Shown one piece after another: positions 1 to 10,162 of a stretch of DNA of 64,000 bases (its first letter is position 1; the number at the start of each line of letters is the position of its first letter). Both the position numbers and the translations under genes were made by a program. The stretch covers positions 167,725-231,724 of the IMG/VR virus record IMGVR_UViG_3300042923_000474; one strand, given 5' to 3'. Below the pieces are notes generated by a model, which was given only the letters and a program-made list of their open reading frames with translations, had not been told where the DNA came from and did no database searches.

Positions 1-568
1 CAACCAGATAGATCGTGTTGGCTGTAACCTTACACTTGGTCAGGTCAAAGTCAGCATCTTCTACCAGAATGCCTTTGGCACGGATTGCAGCGATCACCGC
101 AGCAACGTTGGCGTAGTCCTTAGGTACCAGTTTCAGTGCAGCCAACACGTTGATGTAACGACGGTTGTAAACAACTTGCACCGGTACACGGTAGGCACTG
201 GTTTCTGTGGGGGAGATGGTCACAGTGGTTTGAGCACCGGAGCCATTCGCCACGGGTTTACCAATGGTCAGCGTGTTCCAGTCTGGCTGCACCGTCATCT
301 TGCGAGCGGTCATGGTCTTGAAGTTATCCAAGCCCGTGATGTCAAACGGCAATGTAACAAAGCCATCAGCCACCTGGGAAACCAGAACCCGGACACCTTG
401 AAGCTTGGCGAGGGGTATCACGTTCTGGGCAACCAACATCCGCGCTTGGGCAACCCGCACCTGAGGATTGGGCTGTTCGATCACAATCCCTTGGATCGAG
501 AACAGGTCCGTCCCTATGCGGTCCTTTTCAATGACCACACCTTGCAATGTAAACAGATCAGTATCCAT
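1..568 (-). CDS. Partial virion/tail-fibre shaft-type protein (runs off window start)
   Basis: Not in ORF track. ATG at 568 after AAGGGG; reads MDTDLFTLQGVVIEKDRIGTDLFSIQGIVIEQ... open to position 2; N-terminal duplicated beta motif like 2718-3809. Confidence 0.75.
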   Translation of the reverse strand, partial: MDTDLFTLQGVVIEKDRIGTDLFSIQGIVIEQPNPQVRVAQARMLVAQNVIPLAKLQGVRVLVSQVADGFVTLPFDITGLDNFKTMTARKMTVQPDWNTLTIGKPVANGSGAQTTVTISPTETSAYRVPVQVVYNRRYINVLAALKLVPKDYANVAAVIAAIRAKGILVEDADFDLTKCKVTANTIYLV

Positions 569-578
569 GGCATTCCCC

Positions 579-1628
579 TTAACGTGCTAATACGGTAAGG
601 GAAACCTCTAGCCCAGTAAGGGCTGTGGCAGGAAGGCTCTCATCGTTGGTATGAGAGTTGTTGGCCACAGCCAGTGCCGGGTTACCCAAAGACACTGTCG
701 GGTTCAGCACCAAGTCACGAGTATCCTCATGCGTGCCTCGCACAACCTTGCCACCGAGGTTGGCAGGAATGCCCTGAGTATAGGACGCACGACTACGGAG
801 CATGATGCCGTTGACGTTGGACTGAATCGGTAACACGTAGCCGTCCACTGGCTTGAGTTTCAGCACAGCGTTCGCACCATTACCCACCACGTATTTACCA
901 GCATCGGCAGCGTGATCCTTCCAACCCAGGACATTGGCAATGTTGGTGACGTCCCAGTTCTGGCTGGACACTACCTGCATTGGAACATCAGAAATGTCCT
1001 GAGGCCCCAAACGCCCGCTAGGAGTATCGTCGCCCATGTCTGCAGTGGCGTAAATGTCGGTGATGTACAAACGCTCCGTGCCAGAGACTGGGAAGCCTAT
1101 CTGCCAGGTATTGGCAAGCAGTGCATTCACGTCGGTGCCATTGGTGATGGTGACCGTCACCATGAACCGGCCATCAACGTAAACCGATACGGTTCGATCA
1201 GTGCGGTTGAACACCATCTCCACGTACCATTCGGTAATCAGCGCTGGCACCGTGTACGACGGATAAACTACAGCCCCCCGAAATAGAGGGATTGCCAATG
1301 CAGCCAAGGCACTGGCCTTGCGCTTGTAGCGAATGCCGATAACGAACGAATTAGCGGCCTGAGGGGTGAGGTGGGCGATATTCATCGCGAACTGGAAGAA
1401 GAGGTTGCTTGCACCGTTACCGGTACCGCCTCCCAACCAATACTTGTTACCCACCTTTTCTACGGCCAGGGCAAAGCTGTCCTGATAGGGACTCCAACTG
1501 GAGCCTGCGGTTATCGCAGGCAGTGCGCCAGGCAAGCCCAAGGACCCAGCGCCAGCAGCGGTAGCGATGCTGGACAACTCAATGCCCGTTTGCACTCCGC
1601 TGAAGTTTTCGAGTTGTGTAATGGCCAT
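579..1628 (-). CDS. Virion protein, ConA/LamG-like lectin-type head (paralogue 1)
   Basis: YVEMVFNRTDRTVSVYVDG and DIY...D...RLGP motifs shared with 1628-2707 and 3821-4954. Confidence 0.65.
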   Translation of the reverse strand: MAITQLENFSGVQTGIELSSIATAAGAGSLGLPGALPAITAGSSWSPYQDSFALAVEKVGNKYWLGGGTGNGASNLFFQFAMNIAHLTPQAANSFVIGIRYKRKASALAALAIPLFRGAVVYPSYTVPALITEWYVEMVFNRTDRTVSVYVDGRFMVTVTITNGTDVNALLANTWQIGFPVSGTERLYITDIYATADMGDDTPSGRLGPQDISDVPMQVVSSQNWDVTNIANVLGWKDHAADAGKYVVGNGANAVLKLKPVDGYVLPIQSNVNGIMLRSRASYTQGIPANLGGKVVRGTHEDTRDLVLNPTVSLGNPALAVANNSHTNDESLPATALTGLEVSLTVLAR

Positions 1629-2707
1629 TATGCAGGGTCCTTCAGAGTGAGGCTGAAGTCAACCGAAGCCAAGGGCACGTTCGCCGCCGCAAACTCGGTA
1701 CGCGGACGTGTCCAGTTAACGACATCGGCAGTCGTAGTGTTGAAGTTGATGGCGGCAGCGTTGGTGTACTTGGTCCCATCCACGGTCTGAGAAACATCGA
1801 CCACCGGAATCACGGTAGCCGCACGTCGACCGCCCATCAGGATACCTGCAGCCAAGACCTTGCCAGTGATACCGGCCATGTCCAACTTGAAGTTCACCGC
1901 ACTGTTGGCGTCAGTCAACTTCACTGTACCAGCAGGCTTGGACCATGGACCACCTGAAGCGGTGTTGACCAGTGGTTGGTTCAAAATGGCCTGGGTAGCA
2001 GCAGCATCTTTGTTGGCACCTGCAACACTTGTAACGAGCACAGGAGCACGTTTGATGTTGACAGGACCCAGGCGCTTGGTGACACCTACGCCATCGTCCA
2101 CAATAGCGTAAATGTCGCGGACTTTGAACTGGTCAGGACTGACCTTGGCCACACCCGCATTGGTCCACGGCGTGGCGTTCTTGAACATCACCCCGGTGGT
2201 CAGCAGACGGTTGTTGTAGATGTCGTTATAGAGCGGCCCAAAGGTGGTCGACATTACCAACTCCGCCACCAGTATTCCATCCTTGTAGTAGCGGACACGG
2301 TCGGTTGGGAAGTCGATCTCCAGTTCGAGGAAGACCTCCGGCGTACCTGTACCGCCCAGCAGCCCCAAGGACGGGTGGTTGGTCACCATCGGGTCGTTCA
2401 ATGCCTGGGTAGACTGAAAGCGAAACAGCCCGTAGCCGGCGTTGTTGACGTTGCGGAAGCGAGCACCGAAGATGTAGACCTTGTTCTTCTCGAAAGTGAG
2501 TGATTGGATAAGTTGGCCACGGTACTCGCCCGCGCCATTGCCTTCCGCACCGCACATCCAACCCGCTTCATCAATGCAGGGTGGCTGGGTCCAGCTACCC
2601 GAGGTGTTATAGATGCCACCCACAATGGGGGCTAGGCCGAAACTCTTGAGATCGGCACCCCCGATAGAGCGCATGTTGTCAAAACAAAGAGCATACAAGA
2701 GACTCAT
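1628..2707 (-). CDS. Virion protein, lectin-type head (paralogue 2)
   Basis: Start moved to ATG 2707 (AAGGAGG RBS); FLELEIDFPTDRVRYYKDG, DIYAIVDD, KRLGP. Confidence 0.65.
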   Translation of the reverse strand: MSLLYALCFDNMRSIGGADLKSFGLAPIVGGIYNTSGSWTQPPCIDEAGWMCGAEGNGAGEYRGQLIQSLTFEKNKVYIFGARFRNVNNAGYGLFRFQSTQALNDPMVTNHPSLGLLGGTGTPEVFLELEIDFPTDRVRYYKDGILVAELVMSTTFGPLYNDIYNNRLLTTGVMFKNATPWTNAGVAKVSPDQFKVRDIYAIVDDGVGVTKRLGPVNIKRAPVLVTSVAGANKDAAATQAILNQPLVNTASGGPWSKPAGTVKLTDANSAVNFKLDMAGITGKVLAAGILMGGRRAATVIPVVDVSQTVDGTKYTNAAAINFNTTTADVVNWTRPRTEFAAANVPLASVDFSLTLKDPA

Positions 2708-2717
2708 GGTACCCTCC

Positions 2718-3809
2718 TTACACGGAACCAAGACTGAGAGAGGTAAAGACCGTCGACAGAGCAGGCTTGCGGCCCACTGTGAGCGTGTAGGTACCCTTGA
2801 AGAGTGGAGAGGTAGCCTTTGCCTGCAGTGTCAACGTAAACGTCGTCAGGCTGTCCTGAGCCACTACAGGGAGGTCTTCCAGATCGTAGATCGTGAACGG
2901 GATGCCGGTGATCGCATTGATCGTTGGCAGAATGTGGTGAACCGTGGTGTCCTCCAAAACCTTGACAGTTGTGGGAAACGTGAAAGCCGCCATGCCTGAC
3001 AAATCAACACGGTTGTAGAACACATTCTTACTGATCGTACTCTGCCCATCCACGCTCGGGTAAGTCACGCCGCGCTTGATCTCACGAATACTGGATGGAC
3101 CGGTATTGAGCGATGCACTGTCGGCAAAGGTTACCGAGGCAGGTGTCAGGGTGCGGCCCAAGATAGTTCCCAATTGGGTCACAAAGGCCGCTTTGGCAAA
3201 GTACGCGGGCAGTGCAGCCAACGTAGCTGGCCAGGACAACCCCACAAGCTCCCAATCGCGGTCTGAGGGGCACATCCACCCAACGTTGACCTGAGTCCCC
3301 GGTTGGAAGTACAAAGAGTTCTCAGAGGCTTCCAGGGTGCATGGGCCATCTTGGGGGATGGGTGTACTCTTAAAGTCCGAAGCACTCAGTGCCGTACCGA
3401 AGGTAGCATTGAATCGTGGGATCACCTGATCGGTTGTGGTCATGACCTTGTCGTACTTCAGGGTATCGAGGTTACGATCCCGGACGATCTCCTTTAAAGG
3501 GAATCGGTAGTAGGCAAAGTCCAACGAACCACGGTAACCCGAGCTGGGCTTGAAAGTCACCGGCAGTTTGGCATTGAACCGATCTTTGACAGCAGCCGAT
3601 GGCACACCGAATGTCAGGTCAGCCAAGACGAAGCTTTTCTGCCACGTCGAGTTGATCGAGTTAACGATGTGCTGATTGACTTCTACTGTGAATGGATCTG
3701 TGGGGGGAGAGGACAAGACCGCGTAAGCCGCGATCTGATCCAGTTTCAACAACGCGGGTTGCTGTAAAACAGCATACGCCGCAATCTGATCAACTTTTAC
3801 AGTTGCCAT
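2718..3809 (-). CDS. Virion/tail-fibre shaft-adaptor protein with duplicated N-terminal motif and two repeat domains
   Basis: KVDQIAAYAVL / KLDQIAAYAVL repeat; YRGSLDFAYYR and FYNRVDL motifs of the array family. Confidence 0.7.
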   Translation of the reverse strand: MATVKVDQIAAYAVLQQPALLKLDQIAAYAVLSSPPTDPFTVEVNQHIVNSINSTWQKSFVLADLTFGVPSAAVKDRFNAKLPVTFKPSSGYRGSLDFAYYRFPLKEIVRDRNLDTLKYDKVMTTTDQVIPRFNATFGTALSASDFKSTPIPQDGPCTLEASENSLYFQPGTQVNVGWMCPSDRDWELVGLSWPATLAALPAYFAKAAFVTQLGTILGRTLTPASVTFADSASLNTGPSSIREIKRGVTYPSVDGQSTISKNVFYNRVDLSGMAAFTFPTTVKVLEDTTVHHILPTINAITGIPFTIYDLEDLPVVAQDSLTTFTLTLQAKATSPLFKGTYTLTVGRKPALSTVFTSLSLGSV

Positions 3810-3820
3810 CGACGTTCACC

Positions 3821-4954
3821 TTAGAGAGCGGCCGCCAACTTGACGGTGTATTTATCAAGTTCCGTTTTGGCAGGGGTGGCAGCAATCGACTTGAACGCCA
3901 TGCGACGCGCCAGACCAGTGGCCTGAAGTGCACGGGTGTAGTCGAACGTTTGCTGGAAGGTTGCCGTTTGGCTCTGGTCACTAGCACCGCTCTTGAGCAG
4001 GTCCAGCTTCAGGTTGGACGAGCCACTGGTAGCCAGCGCGTCTACCTGAACCATCAATGCCTTCACAGTATCCGTGTCGCTGATACCCGCAGTATCGAGG
4101 GTGACCACACCACTGGCATCGTTGTCGGTGACAGACACCGTGGTTGGTGTACCGACAGCCGCGTTGAAAGTGGCGTGTGCGTCGTTCAGGGATTCGACAA
4201 CAGTCTTGCCTGCCACGTCGGGCGTCCATGTGGGGGCATTGACGGCTTTGACCGGAAGGGACTTAAGACGCACAGGGCCAACCTTCTTGACCATATCGTT
4301 GGCTGCAATCTCGGACAGGAGAATGTCTTTGAAGGCATCGTCACGATACAGCTCAGCGTAACCGCCACCGTTCGTGGTCTGAACACCCACCCAGAACGCA
4401 ACCAGCTTAACCCCAGATGCGGCTAGGCGGGCGGAGATGGACAGGGTTTTCAGGTAGACGTTGTCGCGATAAACGGTGACTTCGCCGGTGACACGATCCA
4501 CGGTGATCTCAAAATAGTGACCAGTGCCGACTGTGTTTGGTGTGGCCCAGTCTGCCGCCATCACAATGGAAAGTGGGGCCAACGAATCAGAAAGACGCAG
4601 ACCAGCACTTGAGACCAGTGCGCCAGAGGTTCGAGCCTCGTGGGTCACACGAAAACCGAACGACAGCATCGAGGTGCCAGCCTGCAGCCCGGCTTCAGCG
4701 TTTTCCAACATGGCCTCAACGGTGGCCAAGTAGGTGCCGCCAGAGTAGTTGGACAGATTACGGGCACGTACCACCAATGCATCTGGGTCGGTGCCTTTGC
4801 GGATGCCAAAGGTTGGACCAGTAGGCGCGTAGGCGTAAGGGTCGGTATACCCCACCGTCATTCGACTGCCTTCGATCTGACCAACATAAGGGGTGTTGGT
4901 GTTGAAGAGACCGGTGGGGGCCTTGGTAAAACCGTAGGCTTCAATAATGCGCAT
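3821..4954 (-). CDS. Virion protein, lectin-type head (paralogue 3)
   Basis: YFEITVDRVTGEVTVYRDN, FKDI...VGP motifs. Confidence 0.65.
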   Translation of the reverse strand: MRIIEAYGFTKAPTGLFNTNTPYVGQIEGSRMTVGYTDPYAYAPTGPTFGIRKGTDPDALVVRARNLSNYSGGTYLATVEAMLENAEAGLQAGTSMLSFGFRVTHEARTSGALVSSAGLRLSDSLAPLSIVMAADWATPNTVGTGHYFEITVDRVTGEVTVYRDNVYLKTLSISARLAASGVKLVAFWVGVQTTNGGGYAELYRDDAFKDILLSEIAANDMVKKVGPVRLKSLPVKAVNAPTWTPDVAGKTVVESLNDAHATFNAAVGTPTTVSVTDNDASGVVTLDTAGISDTDTVKALMVQVDALATSGSSNLKLDLLKSGASDQSQTATFQQTFDYTRALQATGLARRMAFKSIAATPAKTELDKYTVKLAAAL

Positions 4955-4969
4955 GCTGAACTCCTAGGC

Positions 4970-5293
4970 TTATCGGCCGTAGTGCATGTACAAGCGGCGG
5001 CTGTCCTGACCTTCCAGATCCTGAAGGCGGATACCCACCACACGCTTGAACAAAGGGTTGGTCGGCAACATGTCGTCGTTATCACCTACATAGATGATCT
5101 CGGCGCCTTCGAGGGAGGTCAGGTCGGTACCGGTGGTAACCCACTTGCCCTGATCCTCGGTGGGGTCGTACTGACCCAGTGCGGCCGACAGCGTTGTAAG
5201 TTTGTCTTCCGGGATGGGGCCTAACTCCAGCTCATTCAAGAATTCCTCGAATGGGGCGAAGTCAACGCGGAAGAAGTTGGGCAAAGTTTGCAT
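4970..5293 (-). CDS. C-terminal half of a split tail-fibre-family paralogue
   Basis: SLEGAEIIYVG..LPTNPLFKRV..RLYMHY matches the C-domain of 6736-7620; own GGAG RBS. Confidence 0.75.
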   Translation of the reverse strand: MQTLPNFFRVDFAPFEEFLNELELGPIPEDKLTTLSAALGQYDPTEDQGKWVTTGTDLTSLEGAEIIYVGDNDDMLPTNPLFKRVVGIRLQDLEGQDSRRLYMHYGR

Positions 5294-5295
5294 GG

Positions 5296-5793
5296 TTAAC
5301 TCCAGTCGAAGTAGGGTTCGGGAATGGCTGCAGAGATCGACGGAATACCGCCACTGAACAACGTGCAGCTACCTTTCCAGAAGATACCCGTAGATTTGGC
5401 GGTCAATGGGATTTTGAATGTCCCGTCACCGTTATCGATCAGGGCCGCATCTTCCACATCGTCGGCATCAAACAACACGCCAAACGTTTTGAGGATGTAG
5501 GGGAAGCAGTCGTAAACACGGGCTGCGCCTGTCAGTACATTGGTCTGAGCAGTGCCCGCACTGGCGCCCAAGACGGCCAAGTCCACACGGTTGTACTTAA
5601 ACGACCGGTAGTCCTTATACGTTGGGTTGGTCCCTGTTGCCGTGAGTTTGATTTTGGTGTCAAACCCTTCTGGATCATTGGCCAGCGCCGAGGGCGGCGA
5701 GAGGGTCCAGAGGTTGGCAGCAGAATAAGCGAGGGCATGATTGGCCTGCAGCTGAATAAGCAGGCTGATCTTGGAACCTTGTTTTAAGTCCAT
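5296..5793 (-). CDS. N-terminal half of a split tail-fibre-family paralogue
   Basis: FKYNRVDL...D.ED...WKG matches the N-domain of neighbouring paralogues. Confidence 0.75.
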   Translation of the reverse strand: MDLKQGSKISLLIQLQANHALAYSAANLWTLSPPSALANDPEGFDTKIKLTATGTNPTYKDYRSFKYNRVDLAVLGASAGTAQTNVLTGAARVYDCFPYILKTFGVLFDADDVEDAALIDNGDGTFKIPLTAKSTGIFWKGSCTLFSGGIPSISAAIPEPYFDWS

Positions 5794-5800
5794 GGCTCAC

Positions 5801-6694
5801 CTACACCTTGTAGTGAAGCAAGAATTTACCCACGAACCAACCACCCGCCGCAGGTGGAGTAATGACCACCACATTGTTGTAGTCTGTGGAGTTTGCCTCG
5901 GGCACGTTTACGTTGGGTAGGGCATACTTGATGCAGCGAGCATCTTGCAGGCCACCCTCAGTCGCAGCCGGAACATAAGCGTTGAGCTTACGGCCAGCCA
6001 CCAGGCTCATGTACGACACCAAGTCTTTCGCCTGCGCAGTGCTGGGCAAAACCTGAAGCGTGGTCAAAGACTGCAGCAGTGCACTGAACTTGGAGAAGTC
6101 CGTCCCATAGGTCATGAAGTCGGCCATGGGTTTCGGGTTACCGCCCGGCGCTACTCCACTAACCAAGGTCAGCAGGAGCGGGGTGGTGGCAGGCACCTGT
6201 TCAGACACAGGCTTTTTGGTAGCCTTGCGGTTCCAGCGAAAAGACCCAATCCACGCGGGGTTGTTAGTCGGGAAGTTCCAAATGTAGCCGGTTTGCACCG
6301 TATTGGGAACCACTGCACGGTCCGAGTCCGAGGCGATGAACTTGGTGCCATACTTCTGGTTGATCCAGCGCATCGCCGATTCAATCTTGACGTTGACGCC
6401 GGTCAAGTCGTCAGGCGTGGCGTAGTCGTCGATTACCGGTACGCCTTGTTGGAACAAGACATCCGAAGACAGACGACGGTAGGTGAGCACGGTGGTGGCC
6501 ATGTAGCCGGAACCGGTACGAGGCATCACCGAAATTTGTGTGTTGCGAATCCCCTGACCAGTGATCGCTGCCGGAACACCCAAACGACAGTTATCTGGCG
6601 TGAGTTTGTACGGCAGCTGAGGATTGTCCCGATTGATCAAATCAAAGACCAATTCGGCAGATGTTTTTCGATAGTCTAAGTCCATCTTCTTCAT
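5801..6694 (-). CDS. Virion/tail-fibre family paralogue
   Basis: LVFDLINRDNP, TYRRL, PEANS..Y..V..GKFLLHY motifs. Confidence 0.75.
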   Translation of the reverse strand: MKKMDLDYRKTSAELVFDLINRDNPQLPYKLTPDNCRLGVPAAITGQGIRNTQISVMPRTGSGYMATTVLTYRRLSSDVLFQQGVPVIDDYATPDDLTGVNVKIESAMRWINQKYGTKFIASDSDRAVVPNTVQTGYIWNFPTNNPAWIGSFRWNRKATKKPVSEQVPATTPLLLTLVSGVAPGGNPKPMADFMTYGTDFSKFSALLQSLTTLQVLPSTAQAKDLVSYMSLVAGRKLNAYVPAATEGGLQDARCIKYALPNVNVPEANSTDYNNVVVITPPAAGGWFVGKFLLHYKV

Positions 6695-6707
6695 CCCAGT
6701 TGGAAGG

Positions 6708-6734
6708 GGCCGGGGAGTACCCGGCCACTATGCC
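6708..6734 (-). terminator. Intergenic hairpin with GCATA flank
   Basis: GGCCGGG/CCCGGCC stem, ACTATGCC adjacent. Confidence 0.6.
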
Positions 6735-6735
6735 G

Positions 6736-7620
6736 TCAGTCCGCCGAGTTCGGGTTATCCGGGTCGTTGAAGTGCAGGTAGAAGCGACCAGTGGGTGTGG
6801 TCACGCCGGTACGCAGCTCCAAGCACATCACGTACTTGTACGACTGGTTGGTGGGGAAGACCATGGTGTTCAGACCGCAGAAGATCACTTTGGCGCCGTT
6901 GAGCGACCAGGTGTTGCTGCTGTCGGAGTTGTTCCACAGTGTGGCGCCAGGACCCTGATCGAGTGCCTTAAGGGCCGTCACCAGGATGTCAGCATTGGCG
7001 GAAGACAGTACGCCTTCGGCCATGGCCAGCAATTGGTCACGGTAACCTGTCAGGTTCAGCGGGTAGGCGTACAGCAGTGCCGAGGTCTGAGTCGCCGGAT
7101 CGGCCACTGGGTAGTTCAAACCATTCAACGCCTTGACCGTGGTCAGGGTGTCGATGTTTGCACCACCTTGAACGACATCAAAGGACAACTGACCCAGCCA
7201 CAGAGGCGAAGCGTCCTTGGCCTTGATGGTCACGGTACCGGCACCTTGGCCATCCAGCACCACAGGCTCGCTGAGAATATCCTGCGGACCCAGCACGAGG
7301 CCGAAGTAGTACAGGATGTTCGACAACAGGTCGATGGTCGTTGCAGGTTGGTAAACCGGCAGAGGGCGGGTAGGACGGAACTTGGCGAAGTCTGCCAACT
7401 TCAAGCGATCGTATTTAACGGTCGCCTTACCTTCGAAACCAGCGCCTTGTTTCGGCGTTACCTTGGCGTAGGTGTTTTTGGTGGTAGTACCCTCCATCCA
7501 CGTCCCGGCGATCGGCTTGGGATCGGACCAGGTGAGGTTGGCTGCAGTGAACTGCGTGGTACTGTTGGCCGCATTCAAATAGTTGAAGAGGGCCTGCTTG
7601 GAATCTACGAAAACAGACAT
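6736..7620 (-). CDS. Virion/tail-fibre family paralogue
   Basis: KYDRLKL, LNGLNYP, GRFYLHFN motifs. Confidence 0.75.
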   Translation of the reverse strand: MSVFVDSKQALFNYLNAANSTTQFTAANLTWSDPKPIAGTWMEGTTTKNTYAKVTPKQGAGFEGKATVKYDRLKLADFAKFRPTRPLPVYQPATTIDLLSNILYYFGLVLGPQDILSEPVVLDGQGAGTVTIKAKDASPLWLGQLSFDVVQGGANIDTLTTVKALNGLNYPVADPATQTSALLYAYPLNLTGYRDQLLAMAEGVLSSANADILVTALKALDQGPGATLWNNSDSSNTWSLNGAKVIFCGLNTMVFPTNQSYKYVMCLELRTGVTTPTGRFYLHFNDPDNPNSAD

Positions 7621-7632
7621 GGCTGCCTCCTC

Positions 7633-8520
7633 TTAAAGGTTGAAGTACAGAATCCACTTGCCTGCGAGGCGTGGGTTGCTGGCGTCGGTGACCGTGAGGA
7701 TCTTCGCGTAGGCAAAACCTGGCTTGTTCGCCTCGGGGTGTATGGCGCTCGGTAGCGCCACCGCGGAGAACGTGCCGTTGGACATGTTCCACGGAGCTGT
7801 ATCGGCATTGTAGGTGCCCACAGCAATCGGCCAACCCGTCAAGCGAGTGATCTCGGCAATTACGCCGCCCTGACCACTGAGGACAACCGTGTTGCTAGCG
7901 GTCCAGCCTTGGGCCAGTGCGAACTCAGTGAAGTCCAGACCTGCAAAGACAAACTCAGGACGCAGACTGCGATCTGGCTTGGCCACGAAGTCGTTACCGC
8001 CTGGCCATTGGGCGCCATCCAGTTCAGTCACGGTCAGAATGTCGATACCGACTTGCTGCAGGCCACGGTTCCAGGTGACGGTGAAGCTACCCACGTAGGC
8101 CAGGTTATCGGCAGTGGCCGTCCAAACGCGTGCGGCACCGCTGTTGGTAGAGTTCCAGACGCTGCCCGTGATGCCGGACACTGTCAGGTTCACGCCGTAC
8201 AGTTGGTTGACGTAACCGATGGCCTGGGCCAGGGTCATGGAGGCGCCATCGTTCAGCCAGCGAGTGAATGCGATGTTGTTACCACGGAACAGGCTGGTCA
8301 GATCGCGGCGACGATACAGAACTTCCAGCACGCCTCGGTACTTGCTGGAGGACTTGGCCGTGATCTTGAGCTTGGTATTGCGACCGAAACTGTCAGCGGC
8401 AACAACCACGGGTTTACCGAAGATGAAGTCGGTGGTATTGATGGGCCATGGCAGCGTCGGGTTATCCGCGTTGATCTGCGCGATGGCCTCTTCGAGAGGA
8501 CTGCCTGTGAGAATTGGCAT
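7633..8520 (-). CDS. Virion/tail-fibre family paralogue
   Basis: INADNP, YRGVLEVLYRRRDL, PEANK..GKWILYFN. Confidence 0.75.
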   Translation of the reverse strand: MPILTGSPLEEAIAQINADNPTLPWPINTTDFIFGKPVVVAADSFGRNTKLKITAKSSSKYRGVLEVLYRRRDLTSLFRGNNIAFTRWLNDGASMTLAQAIGYVNQLYGVNLTVSGITGSVWNSTNSGAARVWTATADNLAYVGSFTVTWNRGLQQVGIDILTVTELDGAQWPGGNDFVAKPDRSLRPEFVFAGLDFTEFALAQGWTASNTVVLSGQGGVIAEITRLTGWPIAVGTYNADTAPWNMSNGTFSAVALPSAIHPEANKPGFAYAKILTVTDASNPRLAGKWILYFNL

Positions 8521-8530
8521 GTGCTTTTAC

Positions 8531-9298
8531 CTAGGCTGGATTGTAGTGGAAGTACATGGCGCCTTGTAAAAGGCCGCTCTGCACAGTCGACTGAATAACG
8601 ACGCGTTTGAACACAGGGTTGGCATCAGGTACTTCTGCCGTTGCCTTGTCCACAACTTTGCCTTTAACCCAGTCAGGGATACCCATGGCACGAGTCACTG
8701 TTTGAACGAGCGCCCAATCGGAATACTCGCCCTTGGCAGTTGGCTTCAATGCATCCTGGATACCAGAGAAGTCCGCACCCCACGTCCACATCCGGCTGGA
8801 TTGTCGGTTGGTATTGTTGGGGTGTTTGAAGATGTCCAGATCGGTCTTGCCAATCATCGAGTCCAGCCACGAGGGACCGAACGACAGATTGAGGTCCAGA
8901 CCACCGAACCACTGCAACGAGGTCTCTGCAATCTCGATGCGCGAAGAGATCGCCTCACCATCACCCAGCACAGGTGGGGTGTACTCTTCGAAGTCTTCGG
9001 GGTTGATGTCGAGGCCAAACTTGTTAGCCAGGCCCAGCACAATCATTTCACGGTTCATGGCTTCCAGAGAACGGAAGTCAAAAGACGTCACGTAGTCTGC
9101 CAGATTCATGCGGTCATAGTAGACATCGACCTCACCGTAGTAACCGCGCCCCGGAATACCGGAGATGGTCACCAGTGTGTTGCGGTCGTGCTCTGTGGTC
9201 GGTTGGGGTACCGAGAACGAGAGCCGCTTTTCCGTGAACTCCTTGGGTGGAGTGAACATGTCGTTTAGAACGACAAACATCCGTTCGGCGTTAGCCAT
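8531..9298 (-). CDS. Virion/tail-fibre family paralogue
   Basis: YYGEVDVYYDRMNL, PDANPVFKRV, MYFHYN. Confidence 0.75.
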   Translation of the reverse strand: MANAERMFVVLNDMFTPPKEFTEKRLSFSVPQPTTEHDRNTLVTISGIPGRGYYGEVDVYYDRMNLADYVTSFDFRSLEAMNREMIVLGLANKFGLDINPEDFEEYTPPVLGDGEAISSRIEIAETSLQWFGGLDLNLSFGPSWLDSMIGKTDLDIFKHPNNTNRQSSRMWTWGADFSGIQDALKPTAKGEYSDWALVQTVTRAMGIPDWVKGKVVDKATAEVPDANPVFKRVVIQSTVQSGLLQGAMYFHYNPA

Positions 9299-9308
9299 GG
9301 TTCACCCC

Positions 9309-10151
9309 CTATGCCAGGTCTGGATCGGGTTCATTGAAGTGAAGCGTCAGCTCACCTGTCAGACCCAAGCAGTTGGCATCCACCAGCATGACCTTAATGA
9401 AGCGGTCGTACTTCGGGTTGGCTTCATTCGGATGCTCGGCGGAAATACCCACCATGCGAATCGTTGCACCGGCCAGACTGAAACGGCTGATGCCTTCGAT
9501 CTTCCAATCGTCACCTGTCTGCGTTTTAAGCAGAGGACCCAACACGTTCACCGGGGCATCACCCACCACGATGTCCTTGAGCTGCTCGTAGGAGGTCGTG
9601 AAGTCACGCCAGTACGAATAGATCTGGGCATACGGTCGAGTGGTGGTCGCCGATGGGTAGCGCAGACCGTTGAGACGGGTCACCTTGAGGTAGTCCGCCA
9701 ACTGGTAGCCACCCGGACGGGTACCCACCGAAACAGTGCCAGTCCATGCCAAGCTGGTAGGCAGTGCCTCCAACTCAACCACGCCGCCTTGAGCTTTCTC
9801 TTCGTCAGTCAGCGCACGGATCAGTACATCTTTATCCGTGAGCAGTGTGCCGTAGCGTTTGTTCATGGCCGCAATGATGTCACTGGTGCTTTGCGGTTCT
9901 TTGACCGGCACCAACAAGGTCACTTGCGCAGCCAAGTCGGACAATGGGTTGCGATGGTAGCGGAACGTCTCGGAACCGGAGTACGCTGTCTCTTGGTTTT
10001 TGGCAGTGAGCACGATCGTCGTATTGAACTGCCCTACCGGAGTAATCGCGATAGGTGCTTCGAAGATGTATTCACTGGCCACCAAGTCAAGCTTGTTCAG
10101 CCGGTTGATCGATTCCACCATCACATCCAAAGAGGGTTTATAAAGCGACAT
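9309..10151 (-). CDS. Virion/tail-fibre family paralogue
   Basis: YSGSETFRYHR, LNGLRYP, EANPKYDR, LTLHFN. Confidence 0.75.
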   Translation of the reverse strand: MSLYKPSLDVMVESINRLNKLDLVASEYIFEAPIAITPVGQFNTTIVLTAKNQETAYSGSETFRYHRNPLSDLAAQVTLLVPVKEPQSTSDIIAAMNKRYGTLLTDKDVLIRALTDEEKAQGGVVELEALPTSLAWTGTVSVGTRPGGYQLADYLKVTRLNGLRYPSATTTRPYAQIYSYWRDFTTSYEQLKDIVVGDAPVNVLGPLLKTQTGDDWKIEGISRFSLAGATIRMVGISAEHPNEANPKYDRFIKVMLVDANCLGLTGELTLHFNEPDPDLA

Positions 10152-10162
10152 AATCGTGCCCT

